Positions 25,051-38,200 of a DNA stretch of 64,000 nt are shown piece by piece. The notes beneath the pieces were generated by a model, which saw nothing but the letters and a program-made list of their open reading frames with translations, was not told where the DNA came from and ran no database searches. Within the stretch, counting starts at the first letter, position 1. Every line of letters begins with the position of its first letter. Source of the stretch: the human T2T-CHM13v2.0 reference genome, Homo sapiens; the NCBI RefSeq assembly GCF_009914755.1, contig NC_060929.1; one strand, 5' to 3'. Position numbers and translations under genes: made by a program.

Positions 25051-25924
25051 TATGTGGTTGTTTTGTATATAACCAGTGAAAATATATTTCTCAGTGCTAA
25101 ATAAAAACCATTACTAATTATTAATTTTAAACACAAAGTATCCAACCGAAAACTGTTTGGCTGACAAAATAATCTGTGAACTACCCCAAGTCATGACCAA
25201 GTGTCTGAGGGGCCACTCATAAAAAGAAAGGATGTTGTTGACATTAGCAGTTCGTGTATGCCACTATGCTGCCATGATGGCAGTGGGGGTGTCCATCACA
25301 TTTAAATCATGTTCAAAGTGAAATCCTGGCTGTAAAATGAATGCTGGAGGATAGGCAGTGATATCCAGGTGCAATAAAAATTCAGGAGTACATGGTAGTA
25401 TTAGAGCCCAGCGGTAAATAGAGTCAAGTAACAAAGAGTAGAATATGAAGCTTCTTGGGCACCCTACTTCATGCCAGCCAAGGGCACACCACCATCCTCA
25501 TGCAGCCACCACTGGTAACGAAAAGGAACAACCATGACAGCTTATATAGCAGTGCTGAGGCACATGTCCAGTACCAGTGCATGAGGTACATGTCTAGTAA
25601 ACGTTGAGTCACTAGTTGGTTAGCATATTGCTTACACATTACCGAGCCCTTGCTTTAGTTTTTATATCATCATGAGTTACTATGCAAAGGTCAAAGGCCA
25701 GGGCAAAAGTGACAGAATCTGTGCTTTTGCAAATGCAGAGACCAAACCCGAAGTGATGAGGAGCTGATGTGGGCAGTCTGGCAGGTTCCAGCCTCCTCCT
25801 CCAAGTGGATCATATATGAGCATAGTATAGAGCTGCTAGCAACATGGAGGGAGAGTTGGAGAAAGCATAGTGTTGGCTTTGTTTGTTGGGAGTTGCATAG
25901 GAGATGTGACATCATTTGATTGTT

Positions 25925-26060
25925 AATTCACCCCTCTGTTTATACAACAAATATGTATTGAGCATCTTTGTGCACCAAACTCTGTACCAGATTCTGGATT
26001 ACAACAGTGAACAAGATGAACGTGGCCCCTGGACTGTCGACAGGCCACCATGGTAGAGTT
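25925..26060 (-). mobile_element. L2 3' end
   Basis: caacaaatatgtattgagcatct...cagtgaacaaga. Confidence 0.7.
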
Positions 26061-27649
26061 GGTAGGTGTTATGGTAGGAAGAATGGGGGCACAGACCATT
26101 TCTGAAGAGGGAAGGTAGAGGTTTGGGGCTACCCAAGGTGGCTGAAAAGTCCAACTCCCTAAAGAAAAAGAGATAAACCATCCATATTTGGTGTTCGTCT
26201 TAAGCAAAATCAATACATTTTGCAGCAGTCTGAAGGAGTTGTTTAAATGGCAGAGCTTGTCCCATGATAATGCCCAGCCTGTTTCAAAGCATGGCACAGC
26301 TCAGTTAGGCTGACTCCAACAAAAGCTTCACCTTCTTTATGTCATAAGCTCCTGAGGCTTGGGCGGGGCAACACAGAGGGAGTTACAGGTGCAAACACAG
26401 GATAGGGCCTGGAGGCGAACAAAGGCCGTACAGTCTGTTCCACTCTACAGATCTCGCCAAGGAACGGATGAAACTGCAGAGTGATATAAAGACCATTGAC
26501 ATTTTTTTAAAGACCATTGACATTTAAAAGCAAGATTTCAGTTTAATATTTCTGAAGAGCCTCAAAGACATACACAAAAGGTTTGAATAAAATCCATAAT
26601 AAAATCCACGATGAATGGATCTCCATACTCCACCTCTTACCTCATGCCACAGTGCTTTGTCCAATTATCTTCTAGGGAACATGTGAAGTTGAAAAATGAA
26701 GTGGGAACTAGTGCTGTTAGCAATGCTATGGCGCCTGATACACTGCCATTTTTTTTTCTTCCAAAAAAAGTAGAAATAATTTTTTTTGCACGCTCTTCAC
26801 GCTAGCCTACCAAACCTTATGGAAACCTCTCAACCATGCCATCCTGAGCTTTATCTACTGTACCTAAAGAATTTTTTGGTTGTATATATTACATTCAAGT
26901 TGGCCAATAGCATTTTCTCCATTTTACAAAGAGAATTCTGAAAAGCCAGAATGTAAATCTCTGTAGCATCTGAGGAAAAAAAAAAGAGAGTAACTAATAG
27001 CTCTAAAGGAAAATAGCGTTGAAAGAATCGAGATTCATAATTCACACGGATTTAATTACTCATTAACTGCTTGGTCTGAAACGCTGTGCTATTGCTCCAT
27101 ATTTTAAGCATCTCTTAAATAAGATTAATTTTTAGAATGGCAGGTAATGTTCCTCACAAGAGGAAAATAACTATTTACTCATCATCCTAGATTATATATT
27201 AAAAAGCATTTCATTGCAATTCAATTTGGTGAGTCAGAATCTTCACCCAGAGATTAGTTATCCCCATCCTGGTGTGGTGATTGTTTCCTGAGGGAAATGA
27301 GGATGAGGCAAAGAGGATGGGAGGATGGGACCTGGAGAAGACCTGTGGGCTTTTTGTGGGCCCCAAATGCGGATCGACTATCTGGGCTGCATGCGGGGAC
27401 TTCACCTATGTGATAGCCCTTTTAAAAGGGTTTAATCAACAATGTTGAAATAGGCAACACTGTCTTTTTAAGATCTTGATTTTTAATTTTATATTTATTT
27501 TCCAGTTACAAAAATGAACGCATGGTATTCATTGAAAATAATTAGAAACATTTTTAAAAGCACAAAGGAATAGTGACTTTCAAAAATTGTACCTTTGGAG
27601 ACACACATTGCTAACACGTCTCTTTACTGATGAGTTTACATCTATAACA

Positions 27650-28065
27650 TTTTGAAAGAGGGACAATGCTTGATGGGAAAGGCAAAGGCCATGGGGTGGG
27701 AGTGTCTTGATATGTCCAAGAAGCAGCAAGGAGGCTGGCATGTCTGGAACAAGAGGGAGAATGTGAGAAGAGGCTCAGAGAAATACATAGGTGCTTTTGG
27801 TCAGAGGAAGTATTTGGGGTTTTATTCTAAGTGAGATAGGAAGCCACTGAAGGATATTCATCAAAAGAGTGACATAATTTTCTAAAAGATCTGGCTTCTT
27901 GGGAGAGGGTAGGAGGGTGACACACAATGGTAGAAACAGGAAGCCATTTCAGTAACCCCATCAGCAAGAGATGATGATGGCTGAGAGAAAGATGGAAGTG
28001 GTAGAGAGAGTAAAAAAAAAAAAAGGGTTAGAATCTGGATGTAATTTCAAGGTAACACCTAAATG
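27650..28065 (-). mobile_element. L2 fragment
   Basis: ttttattctaagtgagataggaagccactgaagg...gagatgatgatggc...gaatctggatgtaatttcaaggt. Confidence 0.75.
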
Positions 28066-29119
28066 AGTACTGATAAATGGCCCTCCAGCTCCACTGTCCA
28101 TGAAGCTTGGCCACCAGGCACTCTTTGTTATTATTGCCCAAAGTGCAATCTCCCAGTGTAGCCCCACACTTACCCAAGCTATCCTAGACATTCTCTTCCT
28201 TGCACACTTACCAGGCACCCTAGAAAGCCCCTTTGTTCCTCCTCCCCCTCACCACCACTGCTCCAACTGAAAGGAAAGGCAGCAGCCACTTCTTGCATCG
28301 ATAACCTTCTGTCATATTCTGTCAATATCTTCTGTGACATTATAATATGCAGTTGAATACAAAGAGAATCAACTGAAATAAAACACCACCAAGTGTGTCC
28401 CTTTCAAAGTGAAAGGCAGAGATGTTTTGCAGGCTGTTGATTAGCATGCGCAGCCACAGAACTGCTTGAGATTTAGCGCTTATGGCAGACACCTTAGAGA
28501 AGGCGTGAGGACATGGTGCCCTGGAACAGGAAGCTGCAGAGGAATGGAAGTCGGAAAGGGAAATTAGACTTCAGAGAATGTTGTCTCCCGCAATAAAGTG
28601 AGCAGCATGGACTGGACACTTTTGCATTCAGAAAGGATATTCCAATTTCTCCTGAAAGTGATCGTAACAAATGAGGTTCTTAATATGTCCCATTTTGAAA
28701 CCTGTGTGTTTCATCATTCTTAAAAGCAAAATGAGTCATCTGTTTTTCTCACTATCCTTGAACCATAAAAAGAGCGGTTTTGATTCTATTGTATTTCCTT
28801 CTTCCACACTGGTAACACGAATGCAGAGGCCCCTGTGGACCACCGGCAATAATGGAAGCCATAATTGTGACTTGTGGGACGCAAGTTCATGGTGTCCCTT
28901 TCCCTGGCCCACCAGATGTGGGTAGTGTGTGGGCCTCCTCTGCGGACAGTGTGTCTGGCACCTAGGGCTGAATATTTAAATCCCCGGGAATTATCTTGGT
29001 ATGTTTACATGAAAGACAAAAATCTATTTATAGTAACGAAACAAACTGGTTTATTCCCTTATCGAACAAAAATAATCAAGTAATGCAAAGTAGTATAAGT
29101 AACATAAGTTTTCTACATG

Positions 29120-29563
29120 TAAAAATGGCTTGGATGGAACTCAAGGGCATTATGCTGAGTGGAAAAAAAAGCCAGTTTCAAAAAATCGTGCACTTTATGA
29201 TTCCATTTATGTAACATTCTTGAAATGACTAAATTGTACAGATAGAGAAGAAAGCAGTGATTACCAGGGGTTACAGATGATGGGGGGCTGGAGAAGGGGA
29301 TGGGTGAGACTATAAAGGAATAGCATGAAGGAGATCCTTGCAGAGATGGGATAGTTCTGTGTCTGAATTGCAGTGATACACATGGGATAAAATGGCATAA
29401 AACTATACACACATTGTACCAATGCCAGTTTCCTGGGTTTGATATTGTACTGTAGTTATGTAAGATGTAACCATTGGGGGAAACTGGGTGACCTCTCTGT
29501 ACTATTTTTGCAATGTCCTGTGAATCTATAATTATTCCAAAATAAAAGTATTTTAAAAAAAAC
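29120..29563 (+). mobile_element. L1MC-type 3' end
   Basis: tggatggaactcaagggcattatgctgagt...gatgtaaccattgggggaaactgggtga...ctgtgaatctataattattccaaaataaaag. Confidence 0.85.
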
Positions 29564-29569
29564 ACTACA

Positions 29570-32500
29570 GCATACTGTGATTAAAAGACTGAAAAGGCAA
29601 GCCACAGGCTGGGAAAATCTTTTGCAATACATTTATCTGACAAACAGCTTACATCCAAATATTTAAAGAATTCCTACAAATCAATAAGAAAAAGACAAAC
29701 AAATCAATACAAATGGGCAAAAGAGGATATTCAGATGTCCACTGAGCATTTGAATAGGTGCTCAACATCATCAGTCATCAGGAAAATGCAAATTAAAACC
29801 ACAATGAGATTTCACTGCATACCCATCAGAATGGCAAAATTTAAATTTCACTGCATACCCATCAGAATGGCAAAATTTAAATTTAAATTTAATTTTAATT
29901 GTAAAATACATACAATATAGAGTTTGATGAGGATATAGTACAGTTAGAGTTTCTGTCTATTGTATATGGAAGTGTAAATTAGGTCAGCCACTTGGGAAAA
30001 CTCTGGAGGTTGAACTCTCCAGGAAGCAAGTTCTGTGATGAAGATTGCCATGTAGGAAGTTTATCGGGAAGTACTTTTGGGACCAACACTTGGGAAAGGA
30101 AAGGAAAAAGAAAAGAAGAAAGGAGGATTGGGTAGAGAGAAGAGTTGATATACAGGCAGTCTCAGGAAAGACTTCAGGTGACCTTACAAGGAACTCTAAC
30201 CCTGGAATGACCATTCAGAATTTTTCTGATCTGGATCAAGGGGACTTGTTTTATACTTCTGTGCTGATCAGTCATTGGATGTGGGCTGGCCTGGGAAGAA
30301 GGAAGAAGGTGTGACCTTCGCTGAGGCACCTCTTCTCAGCCAAGGAGATTCTTCAAGAGGACTGACCATGGAGGGCTGTCTCCCAACAGCTGGTGAAATA
30401 GTCTTCATTTATGAAGGGAGACCTGGGTAACACCTCACAGTGCCACTGTGGTCCACCCCTGTACCAATTGGATTCACTTCATCATGAGGCTTGGAGTGTA
30501 GCTCTTCCAAAATCCTGATGGACTTCTTCTTGAACAAACTGTAGTCTTTGATATTTCAGCTGGGAATGAGGCTCATCCTCCCCATCTGCTGCTACCCAAT
30601 CTAGATTTCTTTCATCCCCAGTAAGCTCCTCTGGGGTATCAATGGCTTATTTGATGGTATGACCCAGAACCTCATTTCCAAGAGAGCCAAGTCCCTGGTT
30701 ACCATTCCCTTCTCAGGCCAGGGTTGCTGCACATGTCCTTTTGCCACCAGAACTGGGCATAGGAGTATTAAGAGATACCCAAATGGATTACACTGGTGTA
30801 AATGAGATTCCTTCCTGCCCTCCTCTTGATGATCTGTGCCAATTATTCTTGTCAGTATAGTGGTTCCTTTTCTTGACAGCTGGTCTCTTGGCAGAATGAG
30901 CCTAAAATTTCCAGGCTTGTTTAGTGGTATTCTTACTGTGTTCCCTAGTATATAATGATATACATGATAATGTAGATAAATCTTACAGACATTACATTGA
31001 ACGGAAAAAGCCAGAACCAAAGGTTCTGTAGAGCCCAAAGTTTCTGTTTAGAAGTTCTGTAGAACTTCTAAACCTACAGAGCCCAGAGTTGCAGGGATAA
31101 GAAACACAAAATCTCTCAGTATGTCATTGGGAGTCATGTTAGGTGAGGCCTTTCCCCCTTCCATCCCCTGGCTCCTGGACCAATATATTCAATCTATTAG
31201 GAACATAGCACCATATAAAGGTCATTGATTAGAGTGTACGCTCCATCCTTGCAGGATACCACATCCAAATTGGCACTTCTGCTGTGTCTCCAATAGGTCA
31301 TTCCATCTCTATCAGGCTGACTGCTTCTGGGTTATGTGGTATTTGATATAATTAGTGGATCCCATAGTGATGTGGACACTCACACAGACTCTTTGCTTTA
31401 AAGTGGTGGCTCACTCTGTAAACCCTTGAGTAATGGAGTTGGTTTAGACTCTGTGGGCAGAAAGACAAATCCATATCCAAATATGTATCTATTACTGTCA
31501 AAATGAAACACTCCCTTAATTTCATTCATTAACTTGCAGGGGTACAATGTAATTGACCTGCTACCAAGTGACTGGTTGACCTAATTAAGGGACTTATCAT
31601 TGGCCTCTGTTGTTGGCAGGTTGGACATTTGACAGCAGCATTAGCAAGATCAGCCTTTGTAAGTGGGAGGCATCCTGTTGGTACCATATATAGTCTCCAT
31701 CCCCACCACTATGATTACCCCATTCTTGTGCCCATTGTGCTGGCTCTGGCATGGCCAATGATAGGGGTGGCTGATGTCAACTGGTTGAGTCATTTTTGTC
31801 TCTTTGATTTTTTATTGTTTTTCCATGGTGAGTGCTCTCTGGTAGGTGTTAACATGCAATACGAAGATTTTCACTCTTCATGCTCCCTCCCATATGTTCA
31901 TTTCTCTACCCAAGACTTCTTTTTTCTGATCTTTCTATCTTTCTCCTTTCTAAACCTTTGATCAGCTGACTAAGCCATTTGTCACTGCTCATGAAATCTT
32001 TGTGTATTTGATCCTCTGGCTACTTCTCTTGTCACATAAAGTAGATGACCAGATTCACTGCCCAAAGATCTGTTCATTAAGAGGATTCCCCCTCACCACT
32101 GTCTACAAGTTCACCTGTCAGTGTGAACCATCAGTCATTTTTGGCTTATGCTCAAATCCAAATCAACTCATCTATGAACTGAGTTTAGACTTTTTCCTTC
32201 TCTTGTCATCTGGTCATAAGGGACCCCATGTGGTTATAGAAATGAGCTGAAGGAGAAGCAAGTTCTTCAGCTGAAGCAATTCCCAAAGAGGGTTGGGAGC
32301 TGGCAGCAGTCCTGCAGCTGGGGGGAATGTCCTGCAGGAGAATCTGAGGGCCATGTTGCAGTGCCTACCAGCTGCATTAACTAACATTAAACATATACCT
32401 ACCCTGTCACTCAGATATGTCACCCTTAGGTATATATGAAAAAGAAATGAGTGCATTCATTCATTTAAAACCTACATCTTAATTTTCATAGCAACTTTAT

Positions 32501-32975
32501 TCATAATAGTCCTAAGCTGGAAGCAAAGAAAATGTCCATCAACAGGAGAATAAATAAATAAATTATGCATCTGGTTATACAATGGAATATGAAACTTCCA
32601 TTTAAAAGAGCAAACTACTGAAATACATGATAGTGTAGGTAAATCTTACAGACATTATGTTGAGTGAAAAAAGCCAGAACCAAAAGCACATACAGTCCAA
32701 TTTTATTTATATTATTTACCAAGGACAGGCAAAACTAACTTAGGGTATTAAAAGTAAGAATAGTCTTTACTTTTGGAGAAGGCTGGTGGGTATTGCCTGG
32801 GAGCTTTCTGGGATGGTAGAAATGTTTTGTATCATGATCTAGATGTTGGTTACATTAACGTGTGTGTGTGTGTGTGCATGTGTATGTAAAAGTTTATTAA
32901 GCTAGACACACAAGATTCCTGTACTTTACACATTGCACTATTTTTTTTATTTTATACTTCAATTTAGAAAAAAAG
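29570..32975 (+). mobile_element. Old L1M(E) ORF2 end and 3'UTR, interrupted by an ERVL remnant at about 30005-32375
   Basis: ggaaaatgcaaattaaaaccacaatgagat before the insert; colinear continuation aaacatatacctaccc...ttattcataatag...aaatgtccatcaacaggagaa after it. Confidence 0.75.
30005..32375 (-). mobile_element. Deleted HERV16/ERVL provirus: LTR16A-like LTR (30005-30450), internal pol remnant, partial second LTR (about 32245-32375)
   Basis: cagtcattggatgtgggctg, gaagggagacctggg and cagctgggggaatg LTR16A phrases; internal ggtatgacccagaacctca, tcattcca...atcaggctg and gctgatgtcaactgg are antisense to the ERVL pol at 53-54.5 kb. Confidence 0.75.
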
Positions 32976-32978
32976 CAC

Positions 32979-33277
32979 AGCCCAAGCACAGTGGCTCACT
33001 CTGTAATCCCAGCACTTTCGGTGGCTGAGGTGGGAGGATCACTTGAGCCCAGGAGTTTGACACCAGCGTGGGTAACATAGTGAGACCCTGTCTCTACAAA
33101 AAATAAAAAATTAGCCAGGCATTGTGGCACATGCCTGTAGTCCCAGCTACCCTGGGAGGCTGAGGTGAGAGGATCATTTGAGTCCAGAAGGTTGAGGCTG
33201 CAGTGTGAGCCATGACTGCACCACTGCACTCCAGCCTGGGCAACAGAGTGAGACCCTGTCTCTAAAGAAAAGAAAAG
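32979..33277 (+). mobile_element. AluJ
   Basis: ggaggatcacttgagcccaggagttt and gaggctgcagtg...gagaccctgtctc are J diagnostics. Confidence 0.95.
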
Positions 33278-35005
33278 ACCCACAAATTAATAGCATCTGC
33301 AACTGAAACAGAAAATAAAATACACAATAAAAGAGTATACTATGTGGTTCCTTAATTTGTGATGCCTCTGTTTTGGCCTTCTCAGCCATCTTTAAGAGGC
33401 AAAGTTTCAGGACATAAATACCATGCAGATGCCACCCGGCTGTGGATAAGTTACTTGGAGTCACAGTGTCATGAATTTACCCAATCTGATTCTTTTTTGG
33501 GTTGAAGGATTTCTGCTCAGCTCTGTCCCTTCCATCTATAGCAGCTTCTTCTCTCTGACGTTCTTGGAATAATTTCCATTTCTACAGATAACTGCATTTG
33601 ACAAAACATAAGCATGCTCCACTTCCCTTCTCTCCACCTCTAAATCTCCTGCCACTGGTGTCCCTCTGCCTTTTATGTTGAATTATTTGATGTCACTATA
33701 CCTTATCTATTTTCAAATACCTTGTCACTTCCCTTTCCCCACCCCTCAAGGCTTTCTATGTGTGAATGATTTAGTAGGACTCAATAATCAGATATTTAAA
33801 GGTACCAGCTTCTTTTAAAATAAGACACGTTTTCTACACAATATGAACCCTTTATACACTGTGATATGAGTTATATACAGCCTTGTTCCCATGTGACTGT
33901 GCCAGGCAATGATCTGTCAGTGCTGGGGGTAGACAGGTGTGATGGGAGCATTTTATTTAAATTATTGAACCATTTTCTTCATTTGTAAAATAGAAAAGTC
34001 ATAGGGTTACTGTGGAAATTATGTCAGTAGATATAAAACACTAAAACAGTTCCAGACAATGGTGAGTACCTGGAAGAGAATCTGATCAGAATCATGATGT
34101 TCACTGAGCATGTGCAGAATACATTCGTGAAAACCAACAACAGCAGGAAGATGTCTCATGCGTAAATAAATGCACCTCACTTGGGAAGGACAAGTCCCGA
34201 ATGGGAAATGATCTCCTATTGTTAACAGGCAAAACAGAGGATGTGATTTAAGTTACATAGGGATAATTTTTTTTGAAGGTTGAGCTGAATTAATTATTAA
34301 AGACACGTTATGAGCAGGCAGGATAATATCAAGGAGGTCTAAATTATTTACACTTTATTGCTCTCAGTCTATGGGTGTCTGACATGTCTCATCTATTGGG
34401 GAATTCTGCAAAGTGTTCTTGGCTCAGAATATTTTCTGATAATGCATTCTTCTAAGATAATATTGCAGCATCTTACTCATTTAAAATCATCAGAAGTTCT
34501 TAAATTCCGTATCGCAAAGATTCTGCTTTTAGAAATAGCTTCTTTCAGGTTTCAGAATGTAGCTTCTACTTTATGAATTATGAGAGGGAAGAGATCTTTC
34601 CAAGGAACATGTCAGTTCTGAATGTACAATCAATGCTCTACCATTTCTGAAAACCTTAATGTAGATGTAAAAGCAAGATTAGGAAGGTCTTGCCTTCCAG
34701 ATGCACCTTACTGCTTCCTCTACTTGTGTCATCCACTGGTGCCTTGGAATTCCAAAGGGCCCAAGTATGCCTATGTACCAGATTGTGTTCATTAAGTTCA
34801 GCAACCATTGTATCACGCCTACACATCCTCTGGGCAGGATGCATGTGAATGGGAGGGGACCAAGATGTTCCCATGGTAACAAGCTGTACAAATATGAAAA
34901 TGGGGAGAGTATCTGTGAACAACTATGAAGAGAATTTGACAAGAGATGAGGGCTCACTGACTAATCTGGGGCTCTTTTTCATCTTTACTTATAAGCAGAG
35001 AGTTA

Positions 35006-35841
<836 letters not shown>

Positions 35842-35909
35842 ACATCCACTATTTTCTATTTGAAAATGTTCCCAAGTCTGGAGAGTCCTGGCTTTAAAAA
35901 TAGCTTAGT

Positions 35910-36135
35910 ATACAGTAGTATAGTAAGGAAATTATAGTTAAAGATAATTTACTGTATATTTCAAACTAACTAGGAAAGAAGAATTATCATGTTTCCAACA
36001 CAAAGAAAAGATACATGTTTGAGGTGATGGGCATCCAGTTATGCAGATTTGACCATGACACATTGTACACAGGGATCCAGATATCACATGTACCCCCAAA
36101 ATATGTACAACTATTATATATCAATAAAAAAGTAC
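35910..36135 (+). mobile_element. L1MA 3' end
   Basis: ccaacacaaagaaaagata...tttgaggtgatgg...atcacatgtacccc...atcaataaaaaa. Confidence 0.85.
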
Positions 36136-36757
36136 AAGAAGAATAAACTGTGAAAAGATCAAGAGTCAAAAACAGAAAAGAAAAGAAAGAAATAGCCTAA
36201 AGCTAGAATGTGGGGTGGATGCAGGGATGAGGGTTATGCCAGGTTTCTCTTTGACCATTGTATGCTCATAAGGAGGTTTCTATGCTAAGAATCTCTGTGT
36301 CAAGATGCTTAACTTGATTCATACCCTTTGGTTAAGGAAGAAACTAGGAATTTGAGGGACATGATTAAAAACTTCAATTAGGGACCATTTATAGCATGTA
36401 TTTATTTTCTTTTTGTAATTCTGCTATCATCTCTGGGCATCTTCTTCCAGATGTTTTGGCTGGTCACCTTGACTCTAATGGAGTCTTCAGATTATTAGAA
36501 GATGCAAGAGGAGAGCCCAAAAGTTCTTGTTCCTAACCCTTGGATATGCCTGATAAGGCCTTGTGAATCCAAATACCACATTCCTTCTTTCCAGCCATGA
36601 AGTACCTGAGAGTGGCTCTGCTTGGGCAGGTCTTTGCATTGGGCTGAAGGTGATGTCCTCTATTCCCTAGAATGGGGTAGGGACTGGGAGCCGTTACACA
36701 TGACAGTGGACTGAGATGCTTTGTCTGAGTTAGTTCTTACATCTCAATTCCAATAAG

Positions 36758-37118
36758 TGTGTCTGAGTTCATTTGGGCAGCTATAACAAAATGCCATAAA
36801 CTTGTTAGCTTATAACAACAGAAATTTATTTCTCTCAGTTCTAGAGTCTGGGAAGTCCAAGATCAAGGGGCCAGCAGATTCAGCATCTGGTGAAGGCCTG
36901 CTTTCTGGTTCATAGATGGTGCCTTCTTGCTGTATTCTCACATGGGGGAAGGGGCAGGGCAGCTCTCTGGGGCCTCTTTTATAGGGGCACTAATCCCACT
37001 CATGAAGGCCTGTTGATCTAATCACCTCCCAATGGCCCCACCTCCTAATACCATCACCTTGGGGGTTGAGATTCCAACACATAAATTTTGGGGGAACACA
37101 AACATTCAGACCATAGCA
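36758..37118 (-). mobile_element. MLT1A-family MaLR solo LTR
   Basis: gctataacaaaatgccata...gggaagtccaagatcaagg...ccacctcctaataccatcacctt...aacattcagaccatagca. Confidence 0.92.
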
Positions 37119-37999
37119 GATTAATTTCCAGACTCTCAGAGAAATCCTTATCAAATAAATTAATTCAGAAGAAAATCCCCAAACTAATTAGTGTGGATCC
37201 TTTTTACCGTTCCTGTGAGTCAGAGCTGATGTGCTCACTGCCTGTGTCCCCTCCTGCCCTTGCCCCCCGCAGGGAGATAACTGAGCCATGCCTTTTGCCA
37301 CCCACTCTCCCTGTCCTCTTTGCATCTTTGGCTGGCAACCCCAGAGCACTTTCCAGATCCTCTGCATCTCTCTTCACCAGATCTCTGGCCATTCCTAATT
37401 CTACATTCTGGACAGTTCCTGGCCTGTTGCTCTTGCTCTTTGCAGGAACTGTGGATGAAGCCTTGCCAGGACACAGGTCCTCAGTGCCTGTCACCCAACA
37501 AGCTGGTGGCCCTTCATTTAACTGAAGTCCCATTACATTAATAAGCCTCAGTTTCCCTCCCCTCAGTGACTTCAGGAAGCCTTTCTGTATCCTGGCTCTT
37601 GTTCTATGATGGTGTGTTCGATCTGTAGAGGTGGGTTTTTTTTCTTTTCACCAAATCTCAGCATTTTTCCTTTCCCTCATACTGGAGGGTTGCTTTCTGT
37701 TTCTTCCTTCCTTACCTTAGTCTCTATTACAGCAGCCCTGAAGTCTATCTGCAAGTGTGTGCATGGATCTGGGGAATGGGCAGGTAGGATTCTGGGCTCA
37801 ACAGTCACATTTCTTGCTAAATTAGTGTGGTCCCAGGGGAAGGGGCTTCGGCAGATGAGGAGCCACAGAGGAGGGGGATGCAGAATTCCCCTTTCCTGGC
37901 TGATTTCTGTTTTGCCTAAAAACCATGTGGCTGTGACACCAGGGCACTGCTGTCTCCCCAGACAACAAATTTTAATAGCTCTCCTTTACTGCTGGCAAT

Positions 38000-38200
38000 G
38001 ATAATGGCTAACACAGGCTGGCTATTCACGACATGGTAAGCTTGGTACAGAATCTATCTTATTTAATCCTTGCTTTGAAGCAATTCTATTATTCTCCCCA
38101 TTGTACAGATGAGGACACTGAGGACCAAGGAGTGGCAGAGCTTTGCTAGAAACTCAACTCTGACCTCAGAGCTGGAGTGCTTCCCCTAACCCCATGCTGA
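38000..38200 (-). mobile_element. MIR fragment
   Basis: ccccattgtacagatgaggacactgagg. Confidence 0.7.
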
